Shown: piece after piece, positions 36,389 through 45,580 of the stretch
How positions within the stretch are numbered: position 1 is the stretch's first letter
How the letters are laid out: every line of letters starts with the position of its first letter
Assembly: GCA_964646515.1 (NCBI GenBank)
Contig: CAZYES010000001.1
Span: 7,582 to 71,581, forward strand
DNA from: an uncultured Candidatus Saccharibacteria bacterium
GTDB lineage: Bacteria > Patescibacteriota > Minisyncoccia > Phycocordibacterales > PALSA-1337
DNA length: 64,000 nucleotides
Reading direction: 5' to 3'
The notes under the pieces: generated by a model
What the model was told of the DNA's origin: nothing
Database searches by the model: none
What the model saw: the letters and a program-made list of their open reading frames with translations, nothing else
Made by a program: the position numbers and the translations under genes

Positions 36389-36444
36389 GAGAATATCATT
36401 GTATATAATTACCGAGAGATTAACAATCTCGTATTCTAAAAATA

Positions 36445-36951
36445 ATGTCGCAAATTATTGAAAGTAGTGTCATGCAATATCCATATCTCCCAATAGGGAG
36501 GGCAATACAATATGTGCCAGCTAGCAATCGATTCATGGTTGAAGCCACACGGCTCCGAAATGAATGTTCGACTGATATCCACCATCCAACTGGCGCTGTT
36601 GTTGTTAAAGATGGCAAGATTATTGGTCGGGGAGCGAATCAATCGTCAATTAAGAGTAAAAAGTTGTTGGCCTTCCATAGGGATAAGTTTTGCATGAGGC
36701 GTTTTTTGAAGGTTTCTTCTGGTCATAAGTATTGGCTATGTCCTGGATGCGCATCATCCAAGCATCATGCCGAAGCGAGGGCAGTCAGAGATGCTCTAAA
36801 AACAAATAAATTATTAGTTGCCGGTGCCGACTTATATCTCTGTGGCCACTGGTGGTGCTGTAAGCCGTGTTGGGATGTTATGATAGGGGCGGGTATCAGA
36901 AATGTTTATTTGATTAATGATGCCAAGATGATGTTTGAGTTGAAAAGATGA
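36445..36951 (+). CDS. dCMP deaminase (ComEB / cytidine-deoxycytidylate deaminase family)
   Basis: HAE zinc motif (KHHAEARAV), CKPC (PCxxC-type) motif, extra Cys cluster CMRR...CPGC as in dCMP deaminases. Confidence 0.8.
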   Translation: MSQIIESSVMQYPYLPIGRAIQYVPASNRFMVEATRLRNECSTDIHHPTGAVVVKDGKIIGRGANQSSIKSKKLLAFHRDKFCMRRFLKVSSGHKYWLCPGCASSKHHAEARAVRDALKTNKLLVAGADLYLCGHWWCCKPCWDVMIGAGIRNVYLINDAKMMFELKR

Positions 36952-37001
36952 TTGGCGATTCGAAACATCGTTAGCGGACCGAGTAACCGTTAGTAAAAAT
37001 C

Positions 37002-37655
37002 ATGAGTCGCGGGATAAAAAACAAAACAAAGTTTATTGCCATAGAAGGGGGAGAGGGCTCTGGAAAGTCCTCTCTTCTTATTGCGCTCAAAGAAGTTTTG
37101 GGAAACTCGATTGTCTTGACTCGAGAACCTGGGGGTTCGCCATATGCGGAAGCCATACGTATGGCTACGCTCAAGAATCCTCTGGCCAAAACCGCGCCAG
37201 CTGAGACGACACTTTGTCTCATGTTTGCGGCTCGATTTGATAATACAGTTAATATGATAGTACCAGCTTTAAAGTCTGGATTGCCTGTAATAGCTGACCG
37301 TTTTGACGCTTCCTCTTATGCTTATAATGTTATAGCGCAATCGGACGGCGCGCTTGAAGATGTTTTTTGGAATTTACGAGAGAGATTGGCATCCGTTCCA
37401 GATCTTTATGTTTTTGTTGATGTTGATCCGGAGGAAGGTATTCGTCGAGCATATTCACGCAACCAGTCATTGCTCAAAGATCAGCAGTATGACCACTTCG
37501 ATGATCGCGAGATAATATTTCACAAAAAAGTTAGAAGTGGATATGTAAAATTTCTCAAAAAAGTACCACATGTGATTATCGATGCCAATCGTCCTTTTGA
37601 TATGGTAAAGAGGGATTTTATCTTGGAAATCAAAAAACAGTTGAAGATGTCCTGA
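37002..37655 (+). CDS. tmk: Thymidylate (dTMP) kinase
   Basis: P-loop IAIEGGEGSGKSS, TREPGGS, DRFDASSYAYN motifs. Confidence 0.88.
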   Translation: MSRGIKNKTKFIAIEGGEGSGKSSLLIALKEVLGNSIVLTREPGGSPYAEAIRMATLKNPLAKTAPAETTLCLMFAARFDNTVNMIVPALKSGLPVIADRFDASSYAYNVIAQSDGALEDVFWNLRERLASVPDLYVFVDVDPEEGIRRAYSRNQSLLKDQQYDHFDDREIIFHKKVRSGYVKFLKKVPHVIIDANRPFDMVKRDFILEIKKQLKMS

Positions 37656-37710
37656 TTTCCATTAGGAAATGTTTGACTTCCATAGTCATGGTAGATCTTT
37701 ACTCTTTTTG

Positions 37711-37719
37711 TGTTAGGAT
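37711..37719 (+). promoter_or_regulatory. Extended -10-like box TGTTAGGAT, 6 nt upstream of the glyA ATG
   Basis: TGTTAGGAT-ttactt-ATG. Confidence 0.35.
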
Positions 37720-37725
37720 TTACTT

Positions 37726-38943
37726 ATGAAAGATACACAATTAAAAAGACTTATAGATGCGGAGAAAAAGCGTCAGAAAAAAGTAGTCAATTTGATAGCT
37801 TCTGAAAATTACGTATCTAAAGATGTTTTGAGTGCACTTGGTTCGGAATTGACCAACAAATATGCCGAAGGATATTCTGGCAAAAGATACTATGGTGGCA
37901 ATGAGATCGTTGACAAGATCGAGGATTTATGTAAAGACAGGGCATTGGAATTGTTTGGTTTGGACAAAAATGAATGGCATGTCAATGTCCAGCCATTGTC
38001 TGGATCACCAGCCAATCTTGCCGTCTATACAGCTTTGATACCACAGGGAGGAAAGATTATGGGGATGTCATTGGATCATGGTGGTCATCTCACTCATGGT
38101 CACAAAGTTTCCGCCACTGGCAAGTTTTGGGTACAAGTTCCTTACGGATTGGATAGGACTACAGAAGTTTTGAACTATGATCAACTTCGTGATAAGGCAA
38201 TGTTTGAAAGACCGGCTATTATCGTTGCTGGTTATACTGCATATCCTAGAATTATTGACTGGGCCAGGATGAGAGAAATAGTTGATGTTGCAAACAATAT
38301 AGGTACCAAGTCCAATAGCCCACTTCTAATGGTAGACATGTCTCACATTGCTGGGTTGGTCGCTGGTAATGTATATCCCTCGCCTTTTCCTTATGCTGAT
38401 ATTGTTACCACTACGACCCACAAAACACTTCGTGGTCCGCGTGCGGCATTGATTTTTGTGAAAAAAGACGCGCGTGAGCTTGACAAGAAAATCGATAAAG
38501 CAGTTTTTCCTGGTTTACAGGGTGGACCACATATCAACCAAATAGCCGGAGTTGCGGTGGCGTTGAGGGAAGCCAAGATGCCCTCATTCAAGAGGTATGC
38601 TTCGCAAGTAGTGAAGAATGCCGCAATCTTATCTGAAGAACTGCGCACTCGTGGCTGGCGTCTGATTTCTGGTGGAACAGATTCACACCTAGTTTTGGTT
38701 GATACTTGGAACGATGGAAAGAAAAATGATCATGGCTCAGGCGGTGTCTCTGGTAAAGAAGCTAGCGATAGATTGGAAAGAGAGGGGATTATTGTTAATA
38801 AGAACGCTATACCATTCGATTCGAGACCGCCAGCTGATCCTTCGGGAATAAGATTGGGTACGGCAGCCGAGACAACTAGGGGGAAAAAAGAGAAAGATTT
38901 CAAAAAAATCGCAGAGAGAATCGATAAGATTTTGAAAAAATAA
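37726..38943 (+). CDS. glyA: Serine hydroxymethyltransferase
   Basis: 405 aa; LIASENY, GYSGKRYYGG, TTTTHKTLRGPR (PLP Lys) motifs. Confidence 0.96.
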   Translation: MKDTQLKRLIDAEKKRQKKVVNLIASENYVSKDVLSALGSELTNKYAEGYSGKRYYGGNEIVDKIEDLCKDRALELFGLDKNEWHVNVQPLSGSPANLAVYTALIPQGGKIMGMSLDHGGHLTHGHKVSATGKFWVQVPYGLDRTTEVLNYDQLRDKAMFERPAIIVAGYTAYPRIIDWARMREIVDVANNIGTKSNSPLLMVDMSHIAGLVAGNVYPSPFPYADIVTTTTHKTLRGPRAALIFVKKDARELDKKIDKAVFPGLQGGPHINQIAGVAVALREAKMPSFKRYASQVVKNAAILSEELRTRGWRLISGGTDSHLVLVDTWNDGKKNDHGSGGVSGKEASDRLEREGIIVNKNAIPFDSRPPADPSGIRLGTAAETTRGKKEKDFKKIAERIDKILKK

Positions 38944-39460
38944 AAAGTGCGGAAAGGTCAGAGCCTGAGCTCTAACTATCCCGCACAATGTAGTCTATAT
39001 CTCCAGGTGAGCCGAAACGAGTGGCTTTTGTAACGTTAGCCGGCAGTACTCTCGGAATCGAGTCAGGGTGGAAAAAAGGAAGGATGCCGTAGAATTGCCA
39101 TGTGGACCTATGGCGTAGACGCAAATGAACGATGGAGGAACCGATCTTTCTCTACGGAGAGGAGTCACTACATACTCGCTCTAGACTCTTCTTACTTTTG
39201 CATTTTCAAGCATCAAGTAGAAAAGAGACGACATGATTGGGACTGGAGCCACATTACCTCAATGTGTAGTCCTTTGACCTTCTTTTATCATGTTGAAGTG
39301 CGTCATCTGTTGTTTAGCGTGATCTATTTTGAGCTTTTTGTCAAGGGTTTTAATTTGCTACGTTGGTAAAATCGTGTTACTGTGAGAGGAGACTGATACA
39401 ACCACATCGAATTAGAAAGGATATTGTATTAAATGGATTTATACGAAGGCTTGCGCCTTC

Positions 39461-39988
39461 TTGCTCACAATATTTGCTTTTGTCCGTCTGGGCGGAACAT
39501 TATATTTAGAAAAAATTGTTGTAGCCCCATACTATTGGGTATACTTCCCGCACTGCATCAACACAGATGGTTTATTGATGGCCATCCCATTATTGTATGT
39601 AGAACAATTGGCGTTTTCCGTATTACTTTTGCTGTTCTACGACTTTATTGGGATTGACATCATTGGATTGGCTCACATCAAACACAAGATGTCTGGTAAG
39701 GGAGAGAAAATGAAGTTGCGCTTTCCTAGGTTTAGCAAGTTTCTCGGTAATCACAAGAATAGCGCCAAGGTAGTCAAGTTTTCTTTCTTGTCTTGGCAAC
39801 TTATCGCTTTTCTTGTCTTACTATGTATGCGTGTTGATGGCAAGAAAGGTCCGCGAGCCAAAGAATTCGCCATGTTATGCGGTAGCGTTATCATATCCAC
39901 CGCATGGTGGACACTTTTTTCGTTCTGGCTGTATAAGCCATCTTTGATCTTTATAAAGTCAATGGCTGATTACATAAAATTACATTAG
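39461..39988 (+). CDS. Hypothetical small membrane protein (start uncertain: TTG 39461 or ATG 39578)
   Basis: Longest ORF in an otherwise non-coding 1.1-kb gap. It has 3-4 hydrophobic segments and is followed by a terminator-like hairpin at 40000-40030. Confidence 0.35.
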   Translation: MLTIFAFVRLGGTLYLEKIVVAPYYWVYFPHCINTDGLLMAIPLLYVEQLAFSVLLLLFYDFIGIDIIGLAHIKHKMSGKGEKMKLRFPRFSKFLGNHKNSAKVVKFSFLSWQLIAFLVLLCMRVDGKKGPRAKEFAMLCGSVIISTAWWTLFSFWLYKPSLIFIKSMADYIKLH

Positions 39989-39999
39989 TAATTATTCGC

Positions 40000-40030
40000 A
40001 AAGCGTCTTCGTTTATCGTTGGCGCTTTTT
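40000..40030 (+). terminator. Candidate intrinsic terminator
   Basis: AAAGCG / CGCTTT 6-bp stem with a 17-nt loop, then TTTTATATT. Confidence 0.35.
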
Positions 40031-40071
40031 ATATTGGTTATGGCCACAATACTCGCTATTTTTCATTTTCT

Positions 40072-40080
40072 TGATACAAT
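40072..40080 (+). promoter_or_regulatory. Extended -10 box TGATACAAT, 6 nt upstream of the argS ATG
   Basis: TGATACAAT-aaattc-ATG. Same 9-mer as at tpiA and at 18844. Confidence 0.5.
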
Positions 40081-40086
40081 AAATTC

Positions 40087-41868
40087 ATGAAGGAAGAACT
40101 TATCAGTTTATTGAAGAGTGCCACAATCAGTTGTGGTATTCACGATACTTCTATCAAGATCGATTACCCAGAAAATCCAGACCATGGTGATTTTTCGACG
40201 AATGTTGCTATGATTAACGCCAAAAAACTGGGAACTTCGCCGAAAGATTTGGCAGACAAAATTATTGGTGAATTTAATAATCATTTACCTGATTTTGTTC
40301 AAAGCGTGGACGTTGCTGGTCCGGGTTTTATCAATTTTTTTGTGAAAGACGCAGAATTTGCCAGAGAAATATTGAAGATAAACAGTTCGATGAAAGACCC
40401 CTCATTTTCTTATGGTAGATTGAACGCCAGTGTTGGAGAAAAAATAATGGTGGAATACACGGACCCAAATACATTCAAGGTTTTTCATATTGGCCATTTG
40501 ATGTCAAATGCTATTGGAGAGTCCATTGTCAGATTGGCCGAATATTCTGGAGCGAAAATGATCAGATTATGTTATTCATCAGACATAGGTTTGCATATTG
40601 CCAAGGCGGTTTGGGCACTGCAAAAACATTTCGATGAAATGCCCAGTGATTCGGCCTCTATCCAGAGCAAAACTGAATTTTTAGGAAAAATGTATGTAGA
40701 AGGAGTCAAAAAGTATGACGAAGACGAAGATACAAAAATGGAAATAGATATTCTCAATAAGGTTATTTATGAGAGATCTGATCCTACGGTGATTGGACTC
40801 TATGAAAAAGGTAGACGATGGAGCCTAGAACATTTCGAAATGCTGTATAAAACATTGGGAACTTCGTTTGATGATATGATTTTTGAAAGCGACATGGCGC
40901 CAATCGGTCTAGAGATCGTTCGGGAATATATGAAAAAAGGCGTGTTTGAAGAGAGTCAAAATGCTGTAGTCTTCAGTGGTGAGAAGTTTGGATTGCATAC
41001 CAGAGTATTCGTGAACTCCAGAGGTATACCGACTTATGAAGCCAAAGATATCGGCCTGAACGTGACGAAATTTAAAAAATACCCAGATGCTTCGCAGTCG
41101 GTCATCATAACGGCCAATGAGCAAGATGATTATTTCAAGGTACTTATCAAGGTCTTGTCTCTAATTGATGAGAAAAATGGTTCGAAGACCAGGCATATCG
41201 GTCATGGAATGATGAGATTTATTGACGGGAAGATGTCATCACGCACCGGCAACGTGATTACGGCCGAGTCACTTTTTTCTGATATAAAAGAGATAGTTTC
41301 AGAGAAGATTGCTGACAGAAAATTTACCAAAGAAGAGGCAGATGAGATTTCTGATATTATCGTTGTTGGGGCCATCAAATATACGATCTTGAGACAATCA
41401 ATCGGTAGTGATGTGGCGTTCGACTCTGCCACCTCAGTCTCGTTTGAAGGAGACTCTGGTCCATATTTGCAGTATTCAGCAGTGAGGGCACGATCGATTA
41501 TCGAAAAGGCGAGAGAGGAGGGGATGATAGGGGCGCAAAAATCAGATACCGAATTTTTAGGAGCCAAGAATTTCAGAGAGGGAGATATATTATCGATAAA
41601 AATCGCAGAGAAAGTCGGAATGTTAGAGAAACTGATTGTCAGGTTTCCTCATGTTGTCGAAAGGTCTAGAGTTGAGTATGCGCCTCAGAATGTCGCCAAT
41701 TATTTGACATCTCTGGCTGGCGCCTTCAACAATTTTTATGCAACGCAGACGATTGTCGACAGGAGGGATGAGTTGTCGCCTTATTATTTGGCGCTAGTGA
41801 GGACGTTTTTGGAGACCATGACCAATGGCTTATGGTTATTGGGGATCAAGGTGCCAGATAAGATGTGA
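40087..41868 (+). CDS. argS: Arginyl-tRNA synthetase
   Basis: 593 aa; class I signature region (YTDPNTFKVFHIGHL), MSSRTG (KMSKS-equivalent), C-terminal anticodon-binding DALR-like domain. Confidence 0.92.
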   Translation: MKEELISLLKSATISCGIHDTSIKIDYPENPDHGDFSTNVAMINAKKLGTSPKDLADKIIGEFNNHLPDFVQSVDVAGPGFINFFVKDAEFAREILKINSSMKDPSFSYGRLNASVGEKIMVEYTDPNTFKVFHIGHLMSNAIGESIVRLAEYSGAKMIRLCYSSDIGLHIAKAVWALQKHFDEMPSDSASIQSKTEFLGKMYVEGVKKYDEDEDTKMEIDILNKVIYERSDPTVIGLYEKGRRWSLEHFEMLYKTLGTSFDDMIFESDMAPIGLEIVREYMKKGVFEESQNAVVFSGEKFGLHTRVFVNSRGIPTYEAKDIGLNVTKFKKYPDASQSVIITANEQDDYFKVLIKVLSLIDEKNGSKTRHIGHGMMRFIDGKMSSRTGNVITAESLFSDIKEIVSEKIADRKFTKEEADEISDIIVVGAIKYTILRQSIGSDVAFDSATSVSFEGDSGPYLQYSAVRARSIIEKAREEGMIGAQKSDTEFLGAKNFREGDILSIKIAEKVGMLEKLIVRFPHVVERSRVEYAPQNVANYLTSLAGAFNNFYATQTIVDRRDELSPYYLALVRTFLETMTNGLWLLGIKVPDKM

Positions 41869-41883
41869 TTCTAGATAATAAAA

Positions 41884-41892
41884 TGTTATAAC
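41884..41892 (+). promoter_or_regulatory. Extended -10-like box TGTTATAAC, 7 nt upstream of the ileS ATG
   Basis: TGTTATAAC-tacttca-ATG. Confidence 0.4.
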
Positions 41893-41899
41893 TACTTCA

Positions 41900-44800
41900 A
41901 TGAATCCAGTTAATGTGGAGAAAAATAATATAGAGGATAAGAAAATTGCAAAGACATCTCACGCCGAACGCGAAGAGCGCATTTTGGCTTTTTGGAAAGA
42001 GAATCATATTTTCGAAAAGTCTTTGACCAAACCGTCGCCAAAAGGTGAATACATTTTTTATGATGGTCCACCATTCGCCAACGGTTTACCTCATTATGGC
42101 CATCTACTTGCCGGGATTATCAAAGATGTTGTGCCAAGATTCAAGACTATGCGAGGTTATCATGTTCCAAGACGCTGGGGTTGGGATTGCCACGGTCTAC
42201 CAGTGGAAAATTTGGTTGAAAAAGAGCTTGGGCTGAAAAGTAAAAAAGACATTGTCAATTACGGTATTGAAAAATTCAATGAGGTAGCGCGCCAGAGTGT
42301 TATGCGTTATGCCGATGAGTGGAGAACGATAGTTCCGCGCTTGGGACGTTTTATCGATATGGATTCTTCCACAAACTCAGGCAAGGGGCATGATTATCGT
42401 ACCATGGACGCCTCTTACACGGAGACGGTCTGGTGGATATTCAAGCGGTTACATGACAAACATTTGATTTACGAAGGTTTCAAGTCTATGAATCTGTGTC
42501 CACGGTGCGAGACGACACTTTCGAACTTTGAGGTGGCACAGGGATACAAAGACATCACGGATATTTCCGTTACGGTTAAATTTAGAGTTAAAGATGAAAA
42601 ATTTGGGGGCAAAGACAGTTCAGACACATTCTTGTTGGCGTGGACAACGACTCCGTGGACTTTGCCAGGTAATGTTGCTCTGGCAGTTAATTCAAAAATT
42701 GATTATATAAAAGTTAGAATTGCCGAACAGGGCACTTTTATTCTTGCAAAGGACAGATTGTCGATCTTAAAAGATGCCAAATATGAAGTTGTCGAGACGA
42801 TTCGAGGTACAGCACTTATTGGAATAGGTTACGAACCATTATTTGACTACTATTCAAATAATACAAATCTTAAAGATCGTGCCAATGGTTGGAAAGTATA
42901 TGGCGCAGATTTTGTGACTACAGAAGACGGGACAGGTATCGTTCATATTGCTCCAGCTTTTGGGGCCGATGATTATATGTTATTGCAAAGATATAAACTT
43001 CCATTTGTCCAACACGTTACGACTGACGGCAAGTTCAAGAAAGAGGTTTCTGATTTCTCGGGAATGAGCGTGAAACCAATCGATACTAAAGATGAAAAAG
43101 ATGCTCATCAAAAAGCAGATGTAGAGATTATCAAATGGTTGGCGCACCACGATCTTTTATTTGCAAAAGAGAAATTGATCCACTCATATCCGCACTGTTG
43201 GAGATGCGATACGCCACTTTTGAATTATGCCTCTTCTTCATGGTTCGTGAAAGTGACAGACTTAAAAGGTAAATTAGTGGCGGAGAATAAGAAAGTTACT
43301 TGGGTACCGCCAGAGGTTGGTGAGGGTAGATTTGGTAATTGGCTCGAGGGGGCTCGTGATTGGGCGATCTCTAGAAGCAGGTTTTGGGGAGCACCAATAC
43401 CAGTGTGGAGAGAGGAATATCTGGAAAAAGATGGTAAAAACCTGTCGGCAGGTAAAACCAATTATAGAGCTGATGGTGATACGGAAAAGATTCACGTTGT
43501 TGGTTCAGTCGAAGATTTGAAAAAATACAGTAAAGCCAAAAATACCTATTATGTAATGAGACATGGTGAAGCAGAGAATAATGAAAAAGGTGTGCTCGAT
43601 GGTTCTGTATCGTCAGTTTTCAGATTGACCGATAAAGGCAGACAGCAAGTTGCCGATTCAGCTAAAAATTTCAAGAAATTACACGAAGATGTACTTATTG
43701 ATCTAGTCATTGTGTCGCCAATACTACGGACCCGCGAAACAGCCGACATTTTCATAGAGAACTTTGGGCTTACCAAAGATAAGATAGTTATTGACGAGCG
43801 TATCCGAGAGTACGATCCTGGCATTCTTGATGGTCACAAAATATCCGAATTAAAAGATATCATCAATGGCCAGGATAGGTTCACGTGGAAACCAGACGGT
43901 GGAGAGAATTATCAAGATATCAAAAAACGCATGGGAGATTTCCTGTATGAAATGGAAAACAAATATTCCAATAAATCAATCTTGATCGTTACGCACGAGA
44001 CACCGGCCTTACTCCTTTTTTCTTCGGCTTACGGACTGACTCTCTCAGATACCAAGTCTTTGCGCCCTTCCGGAGATTTCATCGCCAATGCAGAGATTCG
44101 GAAATTGGATTTTACGCCCCTACCGCACAATGATAGGCATGAACTCGATTTGCATCGACCATTTATCGATGATCTTCAGTTGAGGACGGACGAAGGTAAT
44201 AGGTTGGTTAGAGTGCCAGATGTATTCGATTGTTGGTTCGAATCGGGAGCCATGCCATATGCGTCAAATCATTATCCTTTTGAGAATGTTGGCTTTGAGC
44301 CAAAGCCCGGACCATTTAAAAAACCCAGAGGTTATCCTGCGGATTTTATTGCCGAAGGGCTAGATCAGACCAGAGGTTGGTTTTATTCGATGATGGTTTT
44401 GGGTGTAGCACTTTTTGGTAAGACTCCTTATAAAAAAGTCATCGTAAATGGGCTGGTTTTGGCGGAAGATGGTCAGAAGATGTCCAAACGCAAACAGAAT
44501 TATCCAGATCCGATGCGATTGGTAGACAAATATGGCGCAGATTCTCTCAGATTTTATCTTCTTTCATCTCCAGTGGTACATGGCGAGGATCTTTGCTTTA
44601 GCGAGAGGGGAGTTGACGAAGTCACAAAGAAGATAGTCAATCGATTGCTCAACGTAGTCTCATTTTACGAAATGTATGTCGGCGGGCTGAAGGCTCGTGA
44701 TATATTATCTAAAGTCAGCTCTAGTAATGTTCTTGACTTGTGGATATTGAACAGACTCAACGAGACTATCTCCATAGTAACAAAAGCGCTTGAAGCAGGT

Positions 44801-45580
44801 GAGCTAGATAAAGCAGTGAGGCCATTTATGGATTTTACAGATGATCTTTCCACTTGGTATATTCGACGCTCTCGTGACAGATTCAAGGCTCTTGCCGACA
44901 AGACAGCAAAAGTCGATTATCCTAATGATGAGGACAAAGACTCGGCACTTGCTACCACTTGTTTTGTGCTACTGACAACCGCAAAAATACTAGCTCCATT
45001 TATGCCTTTTTTGTCGGAAGAAATCTATTCGAGAGTTGGTGGTGATCTAGAGTCGGTACATCTCGAAGAATGGCCGACGGCGAATGCGGTCGATTCAACA
45101 TCGATCGGCTCCATGAATATAGTACGAGGCATTTCTTCCAAGGCGTTAGAGGCGCGCATGAAGGTGAAGATAAATGTGAGACAACCACTTGCAAAATTGA
45201 AAGTCAGAGACACAAATCTAAAGGATCTGGGCGCATCGCTTATTGGTCTGATCAAAGACGAAGTAAATATCAAAGAAGTATCTTTTGATTCCACTATTGT
45301 GAATGATATAGAATTGGACACAGTTATTACCCCTGAATTGAAGGAAGAGGGCATAGTCCGTGAGCTGATTCGTATTATCCAAGATTTGCGTAAGAAAAAA
45401 GGATTGACCATGAATGATAGGGTGGTGCTTTTCGTCGGCACCGATAATGTGGGAAAGGATCTGGTTGAAAAGAATCGTTCGAAGTTGATGGCCACGACGT
45501 CGCTAAGAGAGATAAAATATGACGGCACCGGTTCTGAAGAATTTAGGATTGGTGACTTGGTCTTTAGGCTATCTATATAA
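41900..45580 (+). CDS. ileS: Isoleucyl-tRNA synthetase (type 2-like) with an inserted histidine-phosphatase-superfamily domain
   Basis: HYGH signature (PPFANGLPHYGHLL), editing-domain motif TTPWTLPGN, KMSKR. Residues ~550-746 carry RHGEAENN, SPILRTRETA, REYDPG and VTHETP motifs between VGSVEDL and DLHRPFID. Confidence 0.92.
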   Translation: MNPVNVEKNNIEDKKIAKTSHAEREERILAFWKENHIFEKSLTKPSPKGEYIFYDGPPFANGLPHYGHLLAGIIKDVVPRFKTMRGYHVPRRWGWDCHGLPVENLVEKELGLKSKKDIVNYGIEKFNEVARQSVMRYADEWRTIVPRLGRFIDMDSSTNSGKGHDYRTMDASYTETVWWIFKRLHDKHLIYEGFKSMNLCPRCETTLSNFEVAQGYKDITDISVTVKFRVKDEKFGGKDSSDTFLLAWTTTPWTLPGNVALAVNSKIDYIKVRIAEQGTFILAKDRLSILKDAKYEVVETIRGTALIGIGYEPLFDYYSNNTNLKDRANGWKVYGADFVTTEDGTGIVHIAPAFGADDYMLLQRYKLPFVQHVTTDGKFKKEVSDFSGMSVKPIDTKDEKDAHQKADVEIIKWLAHHDLLFAKEKLIHSYPHCWRCDTPLLNYASSSWFVKVTDLKGKLVAENKKVTWVPPEVGEGRFGNWLEGARDWAISRSRFWGAPIPVWREEYLEKDGKNLSAGKTNYRADGDTEKIHVVGSVEDLKKYSKAKNTYYVMRHGEAENNEKGVLDGSVSSVFRLTDKGRQQVADSAKNFKKLHEDVLIDLVIVSPILRTRETADIFIENFGLTKDKIVIDERIREYDPGILDGHKISELKDIINGQDRFTWKPDGGENYQDIKKRMGDFLYEMENKYSNKSILIVTHETPALLLFSSAYGLTLSDTKSLRPSGDFIANAEIRKLDFTPLPHNDRHELDLHRPFIDDLQLRTDEGNRLVRVPDVFDCWFESGAMPYASNHYPFENVGFEPKPGPFKKPRGYPADFIAEGLDQTRGWFYSMMVLGVALFGKTPYKKVIVNGLVLAEDGQKMSKRKQNYPDPMRLVDKYGADSLRFYLLSSPVVHGEDLCFSERGVDEVTKKIVNRLLNVVSFYEMYVGGLKARDILSKVSSSNVLDLWILNRLNETISIVTKALEAGELDKAVRPFMDFTDDLSTWYIRRSRDRFKALADKTAKVDYPNDEDKDSALATTCFVLLTTAKILAPFMPFLSEEIYSRVGGDLESVHLEEWPTANAVDSTSIGSMNIVRGISSKALEARMKVKINVRQPLAKLKVRDTNLKDLGASLIGLIKDEVNIKEVSFDSTIVNDIELDTVITPELKEEGIVRELIRIIQDLRKKKGLTMNDRVVLFVGTDNVGKDLVEKNRSKLMATTSLREIKYDGTGSEEFRIGDLVFRLSI

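Noticed and set aside
39040-39100. SRP (4.5S) RNA-like string GAGUCAGGGUGGAAAAAAGGAAGGAUGCC
   Set aside because: It lacks the CC-GNRA-GG helix-8 tetraloop closure and the symmetric-loop pairing partners. The similarity is limited to purine-rich runs.
39100-39369. 89-aa ORF in the glyA-argS gap
   Set aside because: W/R/H/F-rich sequence with no plausible start context or homology pattern; likely non-coding.
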